A stretch of 64,000 nt of DNA from Cycas panzhihuaensis. Its lineage: Eukaryota; Plantae; Cycadophyta. The stretch spans positions 247,945,741 to 248,009,740 of the forward strand of contig CM041465.1 of assembly GCA_023213395.1 (NCBI GenBank), read 5' to 3'. The notes under the pieces were generated by a model. It ran no database searches, had not been told where the DNA came from, and was given only the letters and a program-made list of their open reading frames with translations. This document shows, piece by piece, positions 56,801-64,000 of this stretch (the first letter of the stretch is position 1; each line of letters opens with the position of its first letter). A program made the position numbers and the translations under genes.

Positions 56801-57885
56801 GCCTTATATGGACTTAAATAGGTACTTAGAGTATGGTACTCTAAGATTGATAAATATTTTAAGGATAAAGGATTTCTAAGGAGCTAATTAGACCCTAATT
56901 TATATATAAAATTGAAAGGAATCCTAATACTAATTGTGAGCTTATATGTAGATAACCTAATATATATTGGGAATTATAATTACTTGTCCCAAAAGTTAAA
57001 AAAAGATATATGCAAAGAGTTTAATATGATAGACTTAGGACTTGTGTATTATTTCTTAGGCATTAAACTATGGTAGGATAAAAAGGGGATATTTGTATCA
57101 CAAAGAAAATAGACATTAGATATGTTACACAAATTTAATATGGATAGTTGTAAGCCACTTATAATACTAATAAAAGTTAGGTTGAAATTATCTAAGTTTT
57201 AGGAGTTTGAATTAATTAATTCTACACTTTGCATGCAGTTGATTTGGAGCCTTATTTACTTAACTTCAACTCGATTATACATTATGTATGTAATTATTAT
57301 AGTTTTCAAGTTTATTCATGAACCTAACATAAAATATTAACAAGCAATTAAAATGATTCTTGTGTATCTTAAATGTACTATTAGGTATAATTTACATTAC
57401 AGGTTATGAGGGGATTATAGGTTGACTAGTTATACAAACTCAGATTAGGTTGTATAATTGACAAGAAATCTACTTCAAGATATGCATGCAGTTTAGGTTT
57501 AGCAGCAGTAGCATGGAGTTCAAAGAAGTAGACAACAATATCTCTTTCTACTACAGAAGTATAGTATAAAGCAGTTGTAGGAGGAGCTTGTGAGACAATT
57601 TAGCTTAAGAGATTATTTCAAGATTTATAAGAAGAATAGATTGGTCCCACAGAGTTATTTTGTAATAATTAGAGTACAATCTAGATGACTAGGAATATAA
57701 TGTTTTACAGCAAGTTAAAACTTTTTAAAATACAACATCATTTACTTATAGAGTCAGTACAATAAAGTGAATTAGAATTGGTCTATTGTAATAGTTAGGA
57801 ACATGTGGTAGACATCTTCATAAAGGCACTTGATAAAATAAAGTTTATCAAATTTAGAGATAAACTTGGAGTCTCCCTAAATAAG
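53826..57885 (+). pseudogene. Copia gag-pol of H
   Basis: ORF 53927-54481 (UBN2 gag), ORF 54944-55417 (WHKRLSH...CEGCILGK), ORF 55421-55603 (integrase), KALYGLK at ~56800, RNase H to ~57880. Confidence 0.95.
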
Positions 57886-58378
57886 CATTATGGGAGAGAA
57901 ATGTTAGAATAATACCTACATTGGCACAATTACCCATATTGGGCCAATAACCCATATCATGGGTCAATATCTCACGGTACCATATTGTTAGGTATTTATC
58001 AATGTTAGGTGGTGGTGGACCTTGAGAGGTGTGCCAAAACCTCTTAATATCACCTATATCTACTAAGGGTCAAAAGACCATGGTATTCATCCACACTGTC
58101 TTCTTCATAGCTTATTGGTTACTCCTCCCTTGTTTGCATTTGCTTCTTCTTTGCTCTTGTCCTCCGATTCCATCATAAAATTAGTAGGACAACTAAAACT
58201 ATTCTAGATCTAATACCAAGTGAAAGAAGTGACTTTTAATCAGCTTCCATTTAAGACAAAATCATATGCATAAGATAAATACAACAACTATAATAGAGTT
58301 GATGAGGTCAAATTATTTATGCCTCTAAAATCAACATCTATTTAATCATGTGAATCACATTACATTAGTAATACCTCA

Positions 58379-58475
58379 TACACACACACATACACACACA
58401 CACATATACATATACATACACATACACATATACACACACACACACACACAAATATCTATGTGTGTGTGTGTGTGT
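58379..58475. repeat. (CA/TA)n...(TG)n microsatellite in the 5' LTR of G
   Basis: Read directly. Confidence 0.92.
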
Positions 58476-58972
58476 AATAGATTGTAGTTACATAAGAGGC
58501 AAGTAGTTGACAAAGGCAAATCATGCAAGGTGACACTTGGCACCATGCATAACCAACTTTACAATGTGTTACATTGGGTTATGAGCAAAAATAGACCCCA
58601 CAAGACTAGTCTCACAATCTTAAGTTATAACTTAACACATCTATGTGATAAATACCCTTCTAATTATTAGGATGTTAGAATATATAATGTAAACTTTAGG
58701 TTTCTTAAAGTTATTATTTAGCCACATGTCTTAAATATAATTTAAGTGATTCTAATGTTCAAACTTATGTTTATATTAATTAATTTGTGGATGGTCGTTG
58801 AAATGCGGAATCGCATTCCATCGAACCTTCGTACTCTTTATTCATCTCCTAGATTCATGAAGTTGGTTCCAGGAATCTAAAAGGGTTGTCCAAATGCCTG
58901 ACTAAAGGATGTTTTAGGGGTTGGTGATTTTGTATAGTAGTTTCAATTCTTTATTAATAAAATTAGCTTAGA

Positions 58973-59008
58973 AGGTGGTTTTTCTTCCCCAGAAGGGGTT
59001 TTCCACTT
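58973..59008 (+). other. ENE-like (poly(A) triple-helix) hairpin in the LTR of I
   Basis: AGGTGG-TTTTTCTT-CCCC-AGAA-GGGG-TTTT-CCACTT, just downstream of an AATAAA. Confidence 0.7.
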
Positions 59009-59696
59009 GTCAATTGATGTGTGCTTGTGTAGTGTTAATTTCTGATTATTTCTTGCTTATCTTGATCCTGTTAATGCTGTACTTGTGCCTATTCTCTCAC
59101 ATGGTATCAGAGCTAGTAAAAAAAATCCCATGCACAATGCCACAACAGTAGTATATAGGGTCTGCGAAAACTGAGTCATTTGTATGACTTGGACTGCTGT
59201 AATTGCTTCTGCTTAGGGTACCAGTTACAACTTCATCTTTGGAAGCATGATTTTGGGGAAGTTCTAGATTCCGTTGCATTGGCCGATAACCAAGTAAAAG
59301 AGTCCATGACTGTTAAAGGGGATGCAAGACCTAGGCCTCAAAATTCATTATTTACCAGGCCATTGTAGGTTGATGTAAAATCTGAAGATTCTAAGAGAAC
59401 TAAGCTTATTGCAGAAGATACACATGTAGAGCAACAAAGTAACCCACCATTTCACACAAGGGTGATATAATTTACAGAGATTCTAGGGAGTGTCAAGGAC
59501 ATAATCTTCAGCTCATAAATGAGCAAGCTGCATGGGAAATAACAAATCCTTCTCATAGATCGTTGGAAGATATCAGAGAATGCTCTCACTATACTGTCTG
59601 CCCGGAAAAGAAATCCAATGAAGAGCAACTTGTTCTGCATCAAGGCATTATAATACTGATAGAAAATAAGCATGTATCGTCTGTAGAAGATCAAGT

Positions 59697-59867
59697 CTTC
59701 ATGCTCCTACATGTAGCATACATATCTACAAGCACATTCCCCACAAAGACATCCGATTGAAATCTGATTCGTACTACGTGATCATGAATCTTCTTCCCCT
59801 CTTGAAGAGCGGATAGGCGAGCACATGCCTTGAGTACAAAGGGGAATGTGATATTGTCTGGCAGCAA
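59697..59867 (-). pseudogene. Captured fragment of a PLS-class pentatricopeptide repeat (PPR) gene (L motif plus start of S motif)
   Basis: PDNITFPFVLKACARLSALQEGKKIHDHVVRIRFQSDVFVGNVLVDMYATCRSM closely matches the PLS-PPR pattern PD..TFPFVLKAC...EGK.IH...DVFVGNALVDMYAKCGS. Confidence 0.93.
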
Positions 59868-60414
59868 GGGCTTCGACCTTCTGTCTGTCATTGCGAGAGG
59901 AGTACACTTAGCCAAAGAAATGCCAAGGCAGAGGAAACACGGTGAGACAGGGGAGAAACCCACGGCTCTTTCCGAAGACGTTGATCACTAGAGACTACGC
60001 CATAGCCGCCGCTCTTACAACACCTGAACGAAGGACGCCTGGATGGAGAACATTTCTCTCTGGCTCCCTTCTTTGTCCATCAGGCCCTATGCCAAACTAC
60101 CCTATTCCATATATAACAGAGGGGATACCTGGCACCATTTGGCTTGCTTGAAGCCCTGGAGTCTACATTGAAGAAGGACCCAGATTACAAGTGTTGCTCT
60201 GGAAGGAAAACATAGAGGGCGATGGAGAATGCTCAACGAAGAAGGACCCAGATAACGGGAAGATGGAGAATGCTCCACTAGGTCGACCAAGCTAGTCGCT
60301 GTCGCCTCTACAAAGCCGTCGAAGACGCCATCGCTCCAATCCTTCACCATCAACTTGCATACAAAGACGTCGCCGCCATTTTAAAAAAAATCAGGTAGGG
60401 TTCGAAAAACCTAG

Positions 60415-60436
60415 CCCCCCCCCCCCCCCCCCCCCC
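60415..60436. repeat. Poly(C)22 tract in the leader of I
   Basis: Read directly. Confidence 0.95.
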
Positions 60437-61708
60437 TCGGACCCCAAACAAATTTTTGGTTTTCATTAAAAATTACGTCGGGTCCGCGTTTTTTTTTTTT
60501 TTTTTTAAACGCCTTTTTTTATTATTATTATATATATATAAACTATGTTTAATTAACTTTATATTCAACCCCCCCTTAAGCCTTATAAACTTTAATTTAT
60601 AAATTAACACCCCTTACACCTTAATTCTTTATTATGTTTTTTGAGATATATTTCCCTTACACTTTATAACATTTAATTTATAAATTTAAGTAAACCCCTC
60701 TTATTATAATAACCCTTTTCCAACACTTTAATGTTAATATTAGTATTCTCTTTTTACACTTTAATGATAAATTAATTTCATCTTATTATATTTGATCTAA
60801 ATCTAAAGCAAAATATCCTCTTATAACATTTGATTTACAAATTAAAATCAATCCTCTTTTTTATTTTATTGCCTTTTTATTACATTTCCCCCCTCCACAT
60901 CTTATTATTAAAGATTAATTTACCTATTACAATTGATATACAAACAAAAACCTCTCCCCATTACTTTTTCTTAATGTTAAAATTAACCTTTTTTTTATAT
61001 AAGGTATTTATAACCTTTAAACCCCTACTCTTATTATAATTTATAAATCAAATTCATTCCTTTTTATTATACCTTTTTTATTACATTTATTATTAGCCCC
61101 CCCCCAACACTTTATTATTTATTTATAAATTAACTTTTTCCCTCCCTTCCACACTTCGTTTATAGATTTTAATTATGCCATTTAATCCTTAAAATTACAT
61201 ATTTATTTCTTAAAATAAAAAGGGAAATAAAATACCTTAGTTATAAAGTTTTTTTGTTAAGGGAGATTGTTTATTTTTCTAAGGGGGATTTTTTATTTTG
61301 AAAAGGGATAATTTATTTCTATCAAAAAGAGATTTTTTATTTTAAAAGGGACTATTTGCTTAAAAACATATAAATGTTTTTTGAACTGTTTTAATCAACT
61401 GGAGATTTTTCATTAGAGTAAGGACAACTAATTTATTTATCAAAGGGGTATTATTTATCAAAGGGGGACTATTTCTCTAAAAGAATTGTTTATCAAAAAG
61501 GGACTGCTTAAGGCAATGTTTTTAAGAAGTTGTTTGTTTATTCATCTGTTTACAAACACATGATTTTTTTTCTTAAATACAATTAATGCATATTAGAATA
61601 CCTTCTTGAATTATATCTGTTAACATGATTAGTACTTTCACTATGTAATTATTTTTCCAATCATCTTCATAACTCTTCAATCTACAATCAAACCTCAACA
61701 CTCCCAAT

Positions 61709-62596
61709 ATGGCATTAATGCCAGGGACAGTCACCTGCATTCCAATTCTAATATTAACCAGCTCAAACTATGCCGAATAGAGGAACTGCATATCCCATCA
61801 GCTCAAACAGTAAAAGATATGGTGATATGTGATAGGTGAATTTCAAAAACCAAAAGCAGATGCTACTGAGAGTCTTATGGTATATCTGATGAACTCAGAT
61901 GCCGCCTTAGGCACCATATTAAACTCACTCTCACCAGAAATTAGTTGGCAGTTTTCTGAAAAAGATGACTTAGCCACTGTCTGGAAAATCTTGCAAGAAA
62001 AATATGACAAGGTTGATACACATCAAGTGGCTATTCTAGAACAACAATTGTATAACCTAACTTTTGACGACTTTTTAAATGTTAAGGATTTTTTAACTAA
62101 AATTCAATTAATTAATAAAGATCTAGATAACTGCATCAAATCTAAAACCAAATAAGGTGATGTTGAAAAAATAACTACGCATGTTAGAGACGACGACACA
62201 CTAGTGCGTCTTGCAGTAAACAAACTACCAATGCACTTTAATCTCTTCAAAACTGCCAGACAACAAGTTGGCAACCCACCTATCATATTCAATCAGTTGA
62301 CTAATCAGCTGATTGAACATCAGAGAATGTTAATTCAAACAGGTGCATTAAAAGATCCTTCACAGGCTTTATTTTTTAAAACTAAGCTACAATTTAAAAA
62401 TAAATAACAGAACAATAATTTTCATAATAATCTAAAATTTCAGAAACCTCACAGAGGTTCACTGTCTAATTCACAAAACAATGTTAAATATTCTGGTCCA
62501 ACTAAATACTAGAATACTTCTAATCAATTCTTTTCTAATAGGAACAACACAACTTCTTCTCAGAACACTAGTTGTGCCTATTGTTACAAAAGAATT
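61709..62596 (+). pseudogene. Copia gag of I, one frame with a few stops, cut inside the CCHC knuckle
   Basis: ATG at 61709 is in frame with ORFs 61829-62155 and 62204-62407 (VWKILQEKY...LEQQLYNL). Ends at SCAYCYKR. Confidence 0.88.
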
Positions 62597-64000
62597 GACT
62601 AACTTTATAAACATTACATTATATATTATAAATGTACATTATATTTACAATATGACTAATGTTGAATTAATGAAATCAACATTAGTTTTTCTATCATTTT
62701 ATTACAAGTGTTAAAAATCAATTTTGTCTGAAGTATTAGAAACTAAGCTTAGAGATCTTCAAAATGAGCTATTACATGATCAATTTCGATAAATATTTAG
62801 AAGAGAATTTGCTATCTAAAGTTACATGAAAAAAATTAAAAGGACTAATAGTTAGTACATATTGATCCATTTGAGATAAATAACAACATTTAAACTCCCC
62901 TAAAAGAGCTTATGGATTTGGAAAACTACCATAAATTTTCATTACAAAATTGAGGGGATTTAAAATTGGAGAAGAACTAGCATAAGTACACAGACAATAT
63001 GAGGATGCAAGAGATTAGGAGTAGGAAGAGCCTACTTATGGGGAAGTTGAAGTCCAAAAAGAAATAGAATACTATGATTTAAATGATAAACTATGCATGC
63101 TAAAGTAGCATGAACTTATTAATAAGCAATTAAAAGTGAATCCAATAGAGATAGAAGAATCTAAGGATATGAAGAGTGGTATAAAGAAGAACCTAAGTAG
63201 CCCAAAAAAAGCCCAAGCAATCAAGCAAATCCAGCAAGGTGTTCAACATGGTTCCTAATTTTGTTTTGCACTCATTCATTTCCTTTAGTAATTTTATAAT
63301 TCCTCTTGAATTTCTTCATTCTATTACTTTAGAAATCCCTCCATCCCATGTCTAAAAGTATCCCATGGATGAATTTCTTGATTCCTAATTCTTTCTATAA
63401 GAAATCTTAGTCCCACTTCACTCCTATCATCCAAGTCCTAATTTTCACGTAGTTTCATCCCTTAAGAAGCCTTCTTCTACGCTTGTCTTAAGACCCTTAT
63501 GAAAACCCCTTTCTAATAAAATGTGTCTAGCACTAATCCATATCCATTCCTTATAAAATCTTTCTCTCCTAAGATTGCTTATCACTTTATAGTATTCACT
63601 CCTCAATTCCCATCACATTTTTATTTGCAAATTACTCTTATTTGGCTCTTATCCATTACCCTCCTAAGACTTCTAGTTGTTGTCTAACTAATACCTTACT
63701 CATTATAAACCCTAGTCTTGTGTGTAGGCTATATTGAATCAATTTCTAAATTGTGCATACTTTCCAATGCATATTTTATATGTTACTACTTCTTACACAT
63801 ACAAAATTCTTGTTGATCACCTCATCAAAGCCTACTTTTTCCTCATTACCAAACGCTTCTCATGATATTCTTGGTATTTATAAGTAATACCCATTGTGCG
63901 ACCATCATAACTATTTTTATCCTCTTATTTCATATTTTCCAAGTATAACCTATTACTTTCCCACAAAATATTCTCGACATTCTCAACCCCCTACCTCTAT

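Larger units (their letters stand above)
51453..58175 (+). mobile_element. Full-length degenerate Ty1/copia element H, nested in the leader of G
   Basis: LTRs at 51453-51747 and 57902-58175. Perfect TSD TAAAA. Decayed PBS TAGTATTAGA at 51750; PPT GGGAGAGAAA at ~57891. Confidence 0.95.
58665..62596 (+). mobile_element. 3'-truncated Ty1/copia element I (5' LTR ~58665-59099, PBS, 2.6-kb leader, gag) inserted in the 5' LTR of G
   Basis: Perfect PBS TGGTATCAGAGC at 59102-59113; gag from 61709. The G LTR sequence ...CCCTTCTAAT|GACTAACT is split around it. Confidence 0.9.
44806..62696 (-). mobile_element. Full-length degenerate Ty1/copia element G (related to A), host to H and I
   Basis: 3' LTR at 44806-45302 followed by PPT reverse complement CCCTCCCTT. 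5' LTR split into 58221-58664 and 62597-62696. PBS reverse complement at ~58207-58218. TSD TTTTG/TTTTA. Confidence 0.92.

Noticed and set aside
59691-59963. ORF as a functional PPR gene
   Set aside because: It has only about 1.5 motifs, a non-PPR N-terminus and no E/DYW domain, and it lies inside a TE leader.
62697-64000. Possible additional TE or gene at the window end (and 43320-44805)
   Set aside because: Too decayed; no recognisable motif or boundary.

Overview
This is an AT-rich, CpG-depleted plant intergenic window with no intact host gene. It is probably from a large seed-plant genome such as a gymnosperm, an inference from the TE landscape and the style of the PPR fragment. Almost all of it is a stack of nested, decayed LTR retrotransposons. 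Four TSD-bounded Ty1/copia elements lie at 15815-27127 (-), 27908-35132 (+), 44806-62696 (-) and 51453-58175 (+). A chromodomain Ty3/gypsy element (16055-22118, -) is nested in the first. There are also several truncated copia elements, two solo LTRs of one family, and two copies of a pol-less gypsy-derived element. The most notable observations are: (i) a CpG-rich copia (58665-62596) whose 5' leader carries an antisense PLS-class PPR gene fragment joined to other coding-like DNA; (ii) ENE-like U-rich-loop hairpins in four separate copia/LTR copies, plus three A-bulged hairpins upstream of one of them; (iii) one-ended LTR insertions with no host loss; (iv) a 27-bp poly(A) insertion with a 13-bp TSD; and (v) a Gln/Gly heptad repeat in a gag. 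All coordinates and alignments were read by eye.
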